This document shows positions 50,415 through 62,786 of a DNA stretch of 64,000 bases, piece by piece. The stretch covers positions 13,784 to 77,783 of the forward strand of contig NIVC01002212.1 of the NCBI GenBank assembly GCA_002269645.1. The letters run 5' to 3'. Within the stretch, counting starts at the first letter, position 1. Each line of letters opens with the position of its first letter. The position numbers and the translations under genes were made by a program. This DNA comes from Macrostomum lignano. Lineage: Eukaryota. The notes below the pieces were generated by a model. It ran no database searches and had not been told where the DNA came from. It saw only the letters and a list, made by a program, of their open reading frames with translations.

Positions 50415-53195
50415 TCACTCGAGATAGCACAGTTTGCTCACAGGCCGCACGAATAGCGTCCCACCGACCTGGACCTTGGCCACCCGGACTCGATTGTCTG
50501 AACCCGGGTAGACTTCGACTACTCGTCCCAACGGCCAGTGTCCACGCGGTGAGTCTGCTTTGATGACGAGAACGACATCACCTGGCTGTAAATCACGCTG
50601 TGGTCCCGCCCACTTGGCTCTCGGCTGCAACCCTGGCAGCCATTCGCGCATTCAGCGTCGCCAGACGTGCCTCACGAGTTCTTGGACGCGCCGCCACCGC
50701 CGCCTCGGGTCAGCCGCGACGTCGTCGGGCACATCCGGCGCGAATTGTCCACCAGCTTGACCGTGCAGGAAATGGTTTGGCGTCAGTGGCTCTTCGTCTC
50801 TCGGATTCGCCGATTGATAGGTGATGGGGCGCGAGTTGATAAGCGCCTCCGCTCCAGTGATCGCCGACTGAAGCTCCTCGTCGGTGACATCTGCGCTGCC
50901 CAGAATCACGTGTAGCGCTCGCTTCGCAGCCCGAATCATCACCTCGTGGGCTCCACCAAAGTGCGGGGCGGCTGGCGGCTGGAAGTTCCACTTGACTCGC
51001 TGCTTGGATGTCTCGCGACTGATCCTTGTCCTGTCCAGCTCCTCCAGAAGTCGCAGTTCATCTGCACCTTTTACAAAGTTGCCACCGTTGTCAGAATACA
51101 TAGCCTTGGGTAAGCCACGCCTGTTCACCATTCGGTAGAAGGCGTTCAAGAAAGAGTCCGCGTCAAGGCTGTAGGTCATCTCGAGGTGTACCGCTCGCGT
51201 CTCGAGGCATGTGAACAGCGCCAAATAGCGTTTCTGCCTCTTCTTAAATCGGCCCTGAATAGTGACGAACGGCCCTCCCATGTCGACGGCTACGTTCGTG
51301 AAGGCTTTTAAGGATCCTGCGACACGGGCATCAGGCAGTGGCGCCATCTGTTGCACGATGGGACGAGCTTTCTCTCTCTTGCACACAGCGCATTCAACCT
51401 CCCACTCGCGAATAGCTTCCCGAGCACAGATAACCCAATACTTGGCTGACAGCGCCGCCAGAGTTTGGTTAGTCCCACCATGGCTCTGCTGCTCGTGATA
51501 TTGTTTGATGATCAGCTTGGTTATCCAATGCTTCCGCGGCAAAATAGATGGATGTCTTGCTGCAAATGGCGCCTGTGGCCTGAATTTCAACCGGCCATCC
51601 ACTCGTAGGACTCCTGCTGCATCACGTACCGGCTGCAAGCACCGCAGCTTCTTCTCGTTCACTGTATCCGTCTTGAACGCTTCCTCCTGAGCTAACCTTA
51701 CCAAACGCTCCTCGACCTCCTCGAGCTCATCCACCAACAGCTCACCGCCGCTCCGCTGATACTTCTCCTTCTGACAGTTCCGAATGAACCGCAACACCCG
51801 AGCGAAGACGCGCTGCAGTCGATGGAAGCTAGAGAATCGCTCTGGTTTGAGTCGCCAGTCTGTCTTGTCTTCTTCATCGGTGGTGACCAGACATACGGGC
51901 TCTGCACTACGCTTCTGGATGCTTGCTAGCTCTCTTCGACGGGTATTCGCCTCAGTAGTTTCTGGCGCAACTGGAATCGGCATTTCTGGCCAATCGTTTG
52001 AGCACATCGCCAAGAATCCAGGGCCGTTCCACCACAGCTCGTTGTCCATCAGCTCTTGCACACTGCAGCCACGGGATGCCACATCCGCTGGATTCAGACC
52101 TGTTGGAACGTACCGCCATTGATTTGGCTGCACCTGCTGCTGGATGAAGGCGACTCGGTTCGCAACGAAAGGCTTGAACGCTCTACTCTGTCTGCGAATC
52201 CACCAAAGCACATTGTGACTGTCACTCCAAAACACCACAGACTCAATCGCGATCTCCAACGCCTCGGCCACTGCCCTTGCGAGCCGAAGTCCTAGGACTG
52301 CCGCCATCAACTCCAGTCGAGGGATGCTCACCGCCATCAATGGTGCTACCTTAGCCTTTGCAGCAACGAAACGGACCGTCGTCTTACTCATCGTTTCGCT
52401 CCGTAGATATACGACGGCTCCGTAAGCCTCTTGCGATGCGTCTACAAACGAGTGAAGTTCGATGGATCCGTTGTCTGGACGCAGACACCGAGGCACGGCT
52501 AGTCTCGTAGCTTTGGAGAGCTCACTGGTCCACTGAAACGCTTGATCAGCCAACTCAGGATCCAACGCTTCATCCCACCCAACACCTTGTTGCCATGCCA
52601 ACTGCAGCATTATCTTTCCTGTGATAACTACCGGAGCTAGGAAGCCACAGGGGTCAAACACCTCGGCCACACAGCGCAAAAGCAGTCTCTTTGTCATCAT
52701 CTTGCCGCTAGCATTCGACTCGCTGATGGAAATTCCTAGGACGTCCTCTTTCGCATTCCAATTCACTCCAAGCGCCTTAGCGGTTCGGGCCTCACCTTTC
52801 AATAGCAACTCGGCGCGTTCTGCGCGGTCCTCGACTGGAACGTGTTGCAGCACTTCTAACGAATTCGACATCCATTTGCAAGCTCGCATCCCTGCCTTGC
52901 TCCATAATTCTACGAGTTGTTGGAAGAGTTCCACCGCTTGGCCAACGGTTTCTACAGAGTCTAGACTGTCGTCCATATAAGTGGAATGCAGCACGGTGTT
53001 GGCCGCCAGCGGCAGCTGTTGCTGATAGTGTCGCGCATTCTCCTGTGCCACAAACTGAGCCAGAAACGGAGAGCAGTTTACGCCAAATACCACACTGCAG
53101 AACTCATAGCTCTTCGGCGTTTGCTCCAAGTCTAAGTCTCGCCACAGAAATCGGAAAAATCTGTTCTCCGGCGCAATTCGAACTCTCAGATACAT
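50415..53195 (-). pseudogene. Bel/Pao pol (RT, RNase H, integrase, C-terminal DUF5641-like region) with one in-frame stop
   Basis: YMDD, ELHSFVDASQEAYGAV, IPRLELMAA, HEQQSH..CAVC, SDNGGNF, GGAHE. TGA at 50652-50654 lies within VWRR*MREWLP. Confidence 0.9.
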
Positions 53196-53212
53196 CTCCT
53201 CGATGTCGGCTG

Positions 53213-55824
53213 CTAGCGCAAATCCTGCTGCAACTTCGGTCCCGTATGAATGGTGTGATTTAGGCAGACCCCATTGCTCCGAGCCGCTGCATCAAACACA
53301 ATTCGAACTTTGGTCGTCTCCTTATCGGCCCGCACTATCGCGAAATGCGGCAAGAACCACTGGCCAGCCTGACTTGGCTCGCTGATGCCGACCTCCCGCA
53401 CATAGCCTTTTGCCAGATGCTTGTCTATCACAGCCTGGTACGCCTTCGCTAGCTCTGGGTTCTTCAGCAAGCGCTTTTCTGTGCTGACGAGACGCTGTAG
53501 GGCGGCTTCGTTGTTCATAGGTAGTTCCTCTGGATTCTTTTTCCAAGGAATCGCCACTTGAAACCTGCCGTTCTCCATCTTCAAGGATGCTCGTGTGGCT
53601 TCTACGATCTTTTGATCTTCAGCGGACATTCTGGCCTGCTGTCCTCCATCTGGCACTTCATCAATCTCCCACATCTTCCGCAGAAGATCAGATGCCTCGT
53701 TCTCCGCCGTCACCGTAAAGAATGTCTGCTGCTGCTGCTCTTCTGCAGTTCCTACTTGATTCACTGGTCCAACGCAGGTCCACCCAATTGGCGTCAGTCT
53801 GGCAATCGGCTCTCCAGGTTGACCACCTACTTCGCGACAGGCAAAGTGCAAGTCTGCATTGTCCACACCAATGAGCATATCCACAGTCTGCTTCCCTTTA
53901 ATTTTGTCGAACGGCACGCCCCTCAGATGAGCCCAACGCTTTGCAAGCTGGCTCCAATCTACGGCTTCCATCCCACCGGTCACTTTCTCAGTTGTGTGGG
54001 CCGTAACTGTGGCACGAAAGGCGCCGTCCAGACTGCGGATGTCGACCTCAACCGGAACCGTCTGAAAGGTGCTCACCTGGCCGTTCAGAACATTTACCGT
54101 CATCGGTTCGAGGTTGCCTTCCAAGCCGAGTTCCGCTGCAACGTCAGAGTTCAGGTACGACCGGGTGCTAGCGTCGTCCAGCAAGACATTCACTCGGACT
54201 TCCCGACCGCCGTTAGATAAAATCACGGGCACAGTCCTCAGCGCTATTGACGGCGATGTTCTGGCCAGTAAGGTGCATGCCTCTTGCGGCTCTTGAGCTG
54301 TGCTCTTCTTCTCCTGGAAGGACTTTGGTCTTTCGATCGTTTTGGGTGACCCCCCTTCATGCGGATTCGCCGTTGTCGCCGCCGGCCCTCGTTGATGCAG
54401 CAGCCGATTATGGTTTGCTTTGCAGCCATCAACACCGCACACTCTCGCTCGCTTGCACGCACCGGCTAGATGGTTTGCTCCCAAGCAGCAGAAGCACAGG
54501 CGCTTGTCACGAACCATCGCCCATCTGGCTCCAGGTTCCATTCGTTGAAACCTTGGGCAGCTCCAAACTCCGTGCTGTTCTCCGCAGAGACCACAACCTT
54601 TTCGCCCTTCCGCCTGTTCTTTGTTTTGGCTATTCGAATCATTCGTCTTCACAAAAAACGAGCGTGCTGTGGCTGCCCCTCGGGAAACAGTTTTCTTGGC
54701 TTTTACACTGTCGTGCCGTCCGGTCTCACCACCGGAAGAAGCCACGCCTCTTACCGCCTCACACGCTACTGTCATGTACTCTGCCTCCGTCAGAAGCCAT
54801 CGATGCAACGTTCTGAGCGAATCTTCTTTCCTAGCTTCTCCGACCCACCGATGAAAACGAGCTAGGGTTTCGGCTGGCAGCTTCTTTTGCACTCTCAAGT
54901 ACATAAGTCCATTGTTGCTTAGCTCACTCTCTCGCCCTGCAGCCTGTAGATTAACTACCGTAACATCCAGCAAGTCGGCCAGCTTTTTTAATTGACTTGC
55001 ATTCTCTATCTGAATAGGTTGAAAACTATCCAAGTCCTCCAGTGCCAGCATCAGTCTTCGTCTCTCTCCCCCGTACTCCCGCTCAAGCCGCTCAAGCGCT
55101 GCTGTGTACGCAAACTCTGAGTAGCCAAGATTGGCCACTAGTTTTAGAGCTTCTCCCTGCAGGGACTGGCGCAATTGTAATAATTTGTAAGCATTAGAGG
55201 AGGGTGATGCGTCCACACATGCATAGAATGCCGCTTTCCAACCCTCATATTGCCTTTTGTCGCCGCTAAACACTGGAATTGACACTCGCTGTAGCTGGCG
55301 CCACATGTCTTGTCCAACTCTCTCGGTTAATTCTTGGCCGTACACACCAGTCCGTCCGCGCGATGATTGGTCAGCTAAATAATCCATTTGGGGTTGGGGG
55401 CCGCTGGACCCCTGCATAGCTCGGCACTCTCTTTGCTAGCATTGTACGCAGCTCCAGTTGGGGTGGGTAGCTGCTCAACTTTATCGCTTGGCCTCTCCTC
55501 ACACCTCCAACTCTCCGTGCGCGGCTGAAAACCATCTGACCTATAACCTGCACTGGTCTCAAAGGATGGGTAGCCGCCAAGCGAAGCGATGCACCGACTG
55601 GGCTCTTGTTGCATTTGCTGTGCTTGTTGCTGCCCTACGGAATGACCTTCAACATCTCCTGCAACAGCTGCCAACCTTTCCATCTCCTTTTCCAGCTCGC
55701 GCTGCTGAGCTTCAAATTCTTCTCGCATTTTTCTCTGCCGCTCTTCGACTTCTGCCCGCTGACTACGTGCCGCCTCAACTTCCTTTTGCCTCATCTCTCT
55801 CTCCTCACACGGACTACTTAATTG
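53213..55824 (-). pseudogene. Bel/Pao gag-protease-RT start (ORFs 55375..55935 and 53213..55417)
   Basis: FSGDKRQYEGWKAAF, three Cys/His knuckles (CGLCGEQHGVWSC, CFCCLGANHLAGAC, CGVDGCKANHNRLLH), protease LLDDASTRSY, and FLPHFAIVR..TTKVRIVFDAA. Confidence 0.88.
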
Positions 55825-55919
55825 TCCTGCCAACATGGTGGACAGCAACACCACGTTTCGGCCCGCTTTGGGCCAGTTAAATCTGTAACTCTCCAATTTA
55901 ACACGGTGCAAAAGCATAG

Positions 55920-56340
55920 TATAATATGCAGACATGCCTGGTTTGGTGCCTTGATAGAAAAATCACGATTTTGGGGGTGCCAGCTAGTCGGGGCCGCGTG
56001 GTGGCACTCCGTTGAAGGTCCCGAAGGTCGTCCAGACAGAGCTGAATGCTGAACATGGTGCAGGACCATTGAATAATATGCAGACATGCCTGGTTTGGTG
56101 CCTTGACAGAAAAATCACGATGTTGGGGTGCCAGCAGTCGGGGCCGCGTGGTGGCACTCCGTTGAAGGTCCTGAAGGTCGTCCAGACAGAGCTGAATGCT
56201 GAACATGGTGCAGGACCATTGAATAATATGCAGACATGTCTGGTTTGGTGCCTTGACAGAAAAATCACGATGTTGGGGGTGCCAGCAGTCGGGGCCGCGT
56301 GGCACTCCGTTGAAGGTCACGAAGGTCCCGAAGGTCGCTT
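55920..56340. repeat. 150-bp tandem repeat (~2.8 copies) within the right piggyBac arm
   Basis: GCTGAATGCT recurs at 56041 and 56191; the left arm has a single copy. Confidence 0.85.
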
Positions 56341-59199
56341 GTATGTCTACAGGTCAACCTAGAGGGTCGCCGTCGTCCATTTCATTCACCGATTGTGTCT
56401 ACTGACTGAATGCTGCATGCAGAAGAGGATTATTCCATTTCAGTTTTGGGAACGCAGCCGTCTCTGCGATGCCGATCGGGTGCTTTTGTTGAAGGTCCCG
56501 ACGGTCGCCGCCGATGCTCCAGACGGTGATGAAGGGGACCCTAGTTCCTGGGATGCTGAGAAGAAAGGCCTTTACGACTGATATGCATAGTTTCCTGAGC
56601 CGACGTGGTTTCATGATGAGATTTTGTGAACAGAAAAAAATTGCCAATGTTGGTGGTTTTTGCCACCGGACACCCCGAGGAGAATCGTTGAATCTCTCGA
56701 CGATGCCGATTTTTCGTGATTCTCGGAGTTGCTTCATCGAATAGAGCGGAAAATTTTAGGCCGTGTTCTGGATTTTGATGGCAATTGGTTGAATATTTTC
56801 GGAGATCCAGACAAAAGAAAAATGTGTGTATTTGAAATACACCCCCATGGTCTTTCTACTGTTAAGCCTTTGATCGAAGCTTTTCGGGCCTCAGAGAGCG
56901 GAAATGAAACTGAGCGCTCCTGGCCCGCCACTCCTGTCAGATGGTCAGCAAAGATGTACGTGGCAAGCAGCTACGAGTAGGTCCTACCAAATGTCTAAGA
57001 GAAGACAGCGAGACAAGCAGCTGGAGAATTTGAAACAGGAATCAAACTGAGCAAACTGAGCAGACTGACCAAACCCGTCACCACCAATCCGTGCGAACTG
57101 GCTCAACAAACCAGCTTCTTACGAAATCGAATTTTCGACAAGGGCACTGACTGGTTTTACTTCGATAAAAATATAGCCTGCATGATGTGTCTCGATCTTT
57201 ATACTGTCCATCGCGAAGTCATAGCCGAATAAAAGGACACTGCTGGGGACTACGAGAGGACTACTGCAGGATGTCTGTACATGCACCGTTGAATTTACGA
57301 GCGCAATTACATTATTGAATTCCCAGGAAGCATATGTACATGGATTTGCATGCTTTTGGCCTCAAATTTGAACAATCGTCGACTGACAGATAGCGCTGAT
57401 GATCAGAGCCTTCAGCAGGAGATCACTGGGTTCTTGCCGCTTCGCTGCTAGCTGAGACTGTATTAAAGAACATTACTGGCAGATGATTTGCATACCATGC
57501 AGCTTATATGATTGATGCATATTGATACCTATGATTAAGTTGGTTGATTGACTTGGTAACTGCATTTCAGCGTTGCTTCTTGGTCCGCGCAGCGACCTTC
57601 ATCGTAGAAATTTACACTCGTAGAATCCATGCAGTAATCTTGGCGAAAAATAAAAAACCAATGTTTTTTTTATTGGGCTGCTAGAACTAATAGAGACGGA
57701 GATTGAAATTCAAGCGCGGTTCTAAGATTGAAAATTGCGCCCTCCTTATCATGGGCATATATGCGACATCAATAAACAAGCGTAATGTTATGCTGCAAGT
57801 GCAACGGAAATATAATGCTTTTATCGGTTTTTATTGACTTTCATGTTCAAGTTTAGTTTTTGAAGATAGAATGAGGCGCAGTAGCTTAAGTTCGCGGATT
57901 CAAATGAAATTATTAATTTTACAAATGAACAGATGACGCAGACAGTAAGCGGAACAACTGTACAAAAAGGCAGAAAAAAAGTTAGATAGTAGACCTTTCT
58001 TTTCAGGCCTGTTTTGCAAAAACATCGGAAATATAACATGAAAAACTCCCGATGCCTATCGAGCCGTAACATGTTACCGTGTTACAAAATACGGTGGATT
58101 TCCGTTTTCTAGGAAACCATCTCTAGTGCGCAATAGCTATATCGACTGTAGCATTATATAAGCACTGACTTATTTTTATTAGTATATACCAAATATACTA
58201 AATAGTATACTAATAATACTAGTGCTAGTGGTCGTGGATAGTATAGTGGATTTTTAGTTTGAAGCTTCGCTGCGCCAGCCGTGTCCCACTCGTGAGGCCA
58301 TTCTATCCTCGGAAAACACGGCCTTGCAGCCCAGTAATGAATGCAGCGGTGTAGCGCTGCATGTATTTCTGGCTTTATTTTACGTTGTATTTAATACATT
58401 TGCGCACGTATGCACCAGCCGGTTCTATAAGCCACGGGTGATATTGGTAAACAAGTGTACAATTCAAATTGCATTTTAGCTAGCTAAATTAAAATAAGCC
58501 TGCCTATACATAAAATTTTACCACTTGCCAATTAGTTAGGCTTACACTTTACAGATTTATTTATTGCTCTTTAGACTTTGGAATCATTTAAAATTTACAT
58601 AACTATCCAATTTTTTGTTTAGCCTAGGCAAAATGCATATTTAATAAGCTTTCTAGGCTTCTAAAATCTAATAGCCTTCTATTTCAAATCATTGATTATT
58701 TTCTACTATCGACTAGTAGGTCTAAGTCTAAAATATTTTCTTTTCTTTTGTGTTATAAAGCCTTTATGCTATATTAGAATATGTTTTTTAATGATAATAA
58801 GAATCTTTTTTTCTTTGGATCTAAAATTCATTTGGTTCTTTAATTTAAGTAGCTTAGGCCTATCTTTTTATAAGACCTAAGCCTAGCCTATGTTTATAAT
58901 GTTTTATATTAAAATTTTTTAATAATATTGTTTTATGGGAATCAAAAGTAGGAATATAACTATATAAGATAAAGCATGCCTAGAATAAAAATCTTTTTGA
59001 AATAATTAGCCATAGTCTAATCAACTATAAAGTCATGATATCCTTCTAGTTGTGACCTTTTTTCCCTCTAATGCTAGACCTTACCTTTTTCTTTCTAGCC
59101 TATATTCTCTTCTTTAGAGCCTCACCTTCTTTTCCCTTCAGTATTGCCCTCCTCTCCAGTCCCACAATGTTTTCCCATTAAATTCTTACCCTTTTTTCA

Positions 59200-60345
59200 T
59201 AATCTCACCCTCCTACCCTCTAGCCCCACCTTCCTAGCCTCTAGTTCCACTATCCTACCCTCCAGCTCCACCCTCCTTCCCTCTAGCCCCACCCTCCCCT
59301 CCAGCTTCCACCCTCTTCTCTCCTCTAGACCCATCCCTTCTCTCCAGCCCCACCCCTTCCCTCTAGCCCCACCCCTTCCCTCTAGCCCCACCCCTTCCCT
59401 CCAGCCCCACCCCTTTCCTCTAGCCCTAACCCTCCCCTCCAGCTTCCACCCTCTTCTACCCTCTAGCCCACCCTCCTTCCCTCCAGCCCCACCCTCCTTC
59501 CCTCCAGCCCCACCCTCCTACCCTCTAGCCCTACCCTCCTTCCCTCCAGCCCCACCCTCCTACCTCTAGCCCCACCCCTTCCCTCCAGCCCCACCCTCCT
59601 ACCCTCAAGCCCTGCCCTCCCAGCTTCCACCCTCTTCTCCCCTGCAGCCCCACCCTCCTACCCTCCAGCCCGCCCTCCCTTCCAGCTTCCACCCTCTTCT
59701 CCACTCCAGCCCCACCCTCCTACCCTCCAGCCCCACCCTCCTACCCTCTAGCCCCACCTTCCTAGCCTCTAGTTTCACTATCCTACCTTCCAGCCCCACC
59801 CTCCTTCCCTCCAGCCCCGCCCTCCCTTCCAGCTTCCACCCTCTTCTCCACTCCAGCCCCACCCTCCTTCCCTCCAGCCCCACCCTCCTACCCTCTAGCC
59901 CTACCCTCCTTCCCTGCAGCCTCACCCTCTTCTCTTCGCTAGCCTCATCCTCCTCTCTAGCCCTCACCCTTTCTCCTCTCTAACATCACCTTTTCTCCTC
60001 CAACCTCGTCCTCCTACCCTCTAGCCTCTACTCTCTTCTTTCCTTCAATACCCCCTCGTCCCCTCTAGCCCTACTATGTCCTCCAGTTGAATCCTCACCC
60101 TTTTCTCCCCAAAAACCTACCCTCTCCTTTCTTCCAGCCCCTATCCTTCTCTCCAGGACCTACCCTTGTTCTCTTTCAGCCTCGCTCTCATGTCCCCTCC
60201 AGCCCCACCCCCTTCTTCCCCCAGCCCCACTCTCTCCTCTTCAGCCCCATCCTCTCCTCCCTCCAGCCTCACCCTCTCCTACCCCAGCCTCAACCTCTTC
60301 GCCCCTCCAGCCCCACCCTATTTTCCTATTCAGCCTCACCCTTTC
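59200..60345. repeat. Degenerate C-rich/pyrimidine-rich tandem repeat
   Basis: Recurring CTC(C/T)AGCCCCACCCTCC(T/A)(T/A)CC units with a strong strand bias. Confidence 0.85.
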
Positions 60346-60419
60346 TCGTAGCTCTGCTAATAAAATTTAATTATCCTTTTCAGAAGTGAAAAATAATATT
60401 TCTATTTTCTCTCTTCAGA

Positions 60420-61280
60420 ATGTCCTCGCACCGGTCTTGAGGTCATACCACGTGCCGGAGCGACTGGTCGCAGCAACCATAACTCTCTTCTAGGAGACCC
60501 TGGCCGCCGTGGTGACACCTGACGGACTATCCGGCCTGTTCAACACGACCTCAGGGATGCTGCAAGGCGACACGCTTGCGTCCAACCGTTTCGTGTTGGT
60601 GCTCGATGGGGTGCTACGTAGGGCCCTGCCAACAGATGAGGACAGCTTCCTACTGTGCCGGCAAACAAGCTGCCGCCAATCGGAGAAGCGGCTGTCACTC
60701 ATGGGTTACGCCGACGACCTGGCGCTGCCCGCCTCTACGGCTGAGGGAGCTCAGCGCATGCTAGACAGCCTGGTTGGTGGCAGCTGCGGCATCGGTCGGG
60801 CTAGCGGTGAACATCGAGAAGACGGAGGTGATGACTGTACCTGCGGAGCTGCCTATCAAAATCATCTGCTGGGACACCCGACGGTCATGCAGCAGTTCTA
60901 CCTCGCTGCGCGTGCTTCACGTACCCCGGCGATCTTGTGCCCAGTGTCCAGGAGGACTTGGCGCGACGCAGGGGCCTGGCCTGGGCGGCCTTCCGCTCCA
61001 TCCGAGTCGTCCTGCAGAACGCCGCGCTGCCAGACTGCTGCGATCACCTAGCGAGACCCTCCGCAGGCGAAGACATCAGCTGGCGGGCCACACCATCCAC
61101 GCGGAGGCCTACTGTTCTCAACCAGTGCAAGACGTCCTGCTGCTCACGATGCAGGGCCCTGGCACCGGGGCTACGGCCGGGCGAGTCGCGTCGCGGATTG
61201 CCTGTTGGATGGCGCTAAGGTGATTGGCCAGGCGCACGCTGTTGCCGCCTTTAGAGAGCTCGCACTGAGAGAACTGATCT
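60420..61280 (+). mobile_element. Third degenerate RTE-like LINE fragment
   Basis: VVTPDGLSGLFNTTSGMLQGDTL, LSLMGYADDLAL, RRRRHQLAGH..VQDVLLL, frameshifted. Confidence 0.8.
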
Positions 61281-61852
61281 GACACCGCCTCCCATTGTGA
61301 ACTGTTACTTTTAACTCAACAATACTGGGTGTGCCTTGTTGTTATTTTCTTTCCAAAATTATTTGCCTAGCTGCGAACTGTGATGGTGCATATTGCGTAC
61401 TCGCGATTCAATAGCTTATACTTATTACTGTTTTACTTATTGCCTTCCGGTTTTTTAATGCTATTTATTGCGTGTAATATTATCGCAAAATTCAAGTTCG
61501 GGTGTCATTATTTAGCTACTGCCGCTGTTCTGCATTACAATTATTATAGTACTTCGTATCTACTGACGTAACATTGTACCAAAAATTTTACATTGCATGG
61601 CGCCAAAACCAATCTTGTTGAATGCTACTAGCGTAATAGCCGTTTGAATCGCTTGAAATACATTGTAATGCCTTGCTGTATTGCTTTTGACGATCTAAAC
61701 GACACTGGCTAGACTTCACTGATCCATATGCTCCTCAAGCAAGGTATATGGAAAGCAGATTGAGCAGCAAACTTAGTGTTTGATTGATAGAGACATTGTA
61801 TAGTTGGATCTTTGGATCACGGATAGAACCAAGGAATCTAGATCTGGAGGCA

Positions 61853-62786
61853 TGCGGGGGGAGCGGCGGAAAGCAGCGGAGCTGTTGGGGGGAGCGGCGG
61901 AAAGCAGCGGAGCTGTTGGGGGGAGCGGCGGAAAGCAGCGGAGCTGTTGGGGGAGCGGCGGAAAGCAGCGGAGCTGTTGGGGGAGCGGCGGAAAGCAGCA
62001 GAGCTGTTGGGGAAGCGGCGTAAAGCAGCGGAGCTGTTGGGGGAGCGGCGGAAAGCAGCGGAGCTGTTGGTGTAAGCGGCGGAAAGCAGCGGAGCTGTTG
62101 GGGGGAGCGGCGGAAAGCAGCGGAGCTGTTGGGGGGAGCGGCGGAAAGCAACGGAGCTGTTGGGGGAAGTGGCGGAAAGCAGCGGAGCTGTTGGGGGAAG
62201 CGGCGGAAAGCAACGGAGCTGTTGGTGGAAGCGGCGGAAAGCAGCGGAGCTGTTGGGGGAGCGGCGGAAAGCAGCGGAGCTGTTGGGGGAAGCGGCGGAA
62301 AGCAGCGGAGCTGTTGGTGGAAGCGGCGGAAAGCAACCGGAGCTGTTGGGGGGAGCGGCGGAATACAGCGGAGCTGTTGGGGGGAGCGGCGGAATACAGC
62401 GGAGCTGTTGGGGGGAGCGGCGGAATACAGCGGAGCTGTTGGGGGGAGCGGCGGAAAGCAGCGGAGCTGTTGGGGGGGAGCGGCGGAATGCAGCGGAGCT
62501 GCTGGGGGGAGCGGCGGAAAGCAACGGAGCTGTTGGGGGGAGCGGCGGAAAGCAACCGGAGCTGTTGGGGGGAGCGGCGGAATACAGCGGAGCTGTTGGG
62601 GGGAGCGGCGGAATACAGCGGAGCTGTTGGGGGGAGCGGCGGAATACAGCGGAGCTGTTGGGGGGAGCGGCGGAAAGCAGCGGAGCTGTTGGGGGGGAGC
62701 GGCGGAATGCAGCGGAGCTGCTGGGGGGAGCGGCGGAAAGCAACGGAGCTGTTGGGGGGAGCGGCGGAAAGCAGCGGAGCTGTTGG
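61853..62786. repeat. 30-32-bp G-rich minisatellite, ~30 copies
   Basis: Unit GGGGGAGCGGCGGAAAGCAGCGGAGCTGTT. Confidence 0.95.

Larger units (their letters stand above)
49500..55835 (-). mobile_element. Bel/Pao LTR retrotransposon, near full length, with the 5' LTR largely deleted
   Basis: TSD TGGTG at 49495-49499 and 55836-55840; polypurine tract AGGAAGGGGGGGA before the 3' LTR; gag-pro-RT-RNaseH-IN ORFs. Confidence 0.92.
47665..56861 (-). mobile_element. piggyBac-family DNA transposon, internally deleted, with nested insertions
   Basis: TTAA at 47661-47664 and 56862-56865; 12-bp TIR CAGTAGAAAGAC at both ends; asymmetric 31-bp subterminal repeat; transposase remnants on the minus strand. 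Confidence 0.85.

Noticed and set aside
56990-57500. Possible hAT or zinc-finger transposase remnant
   Set aside because: Only vague similarity, interrupted by stops, with no TIR or TSD found.
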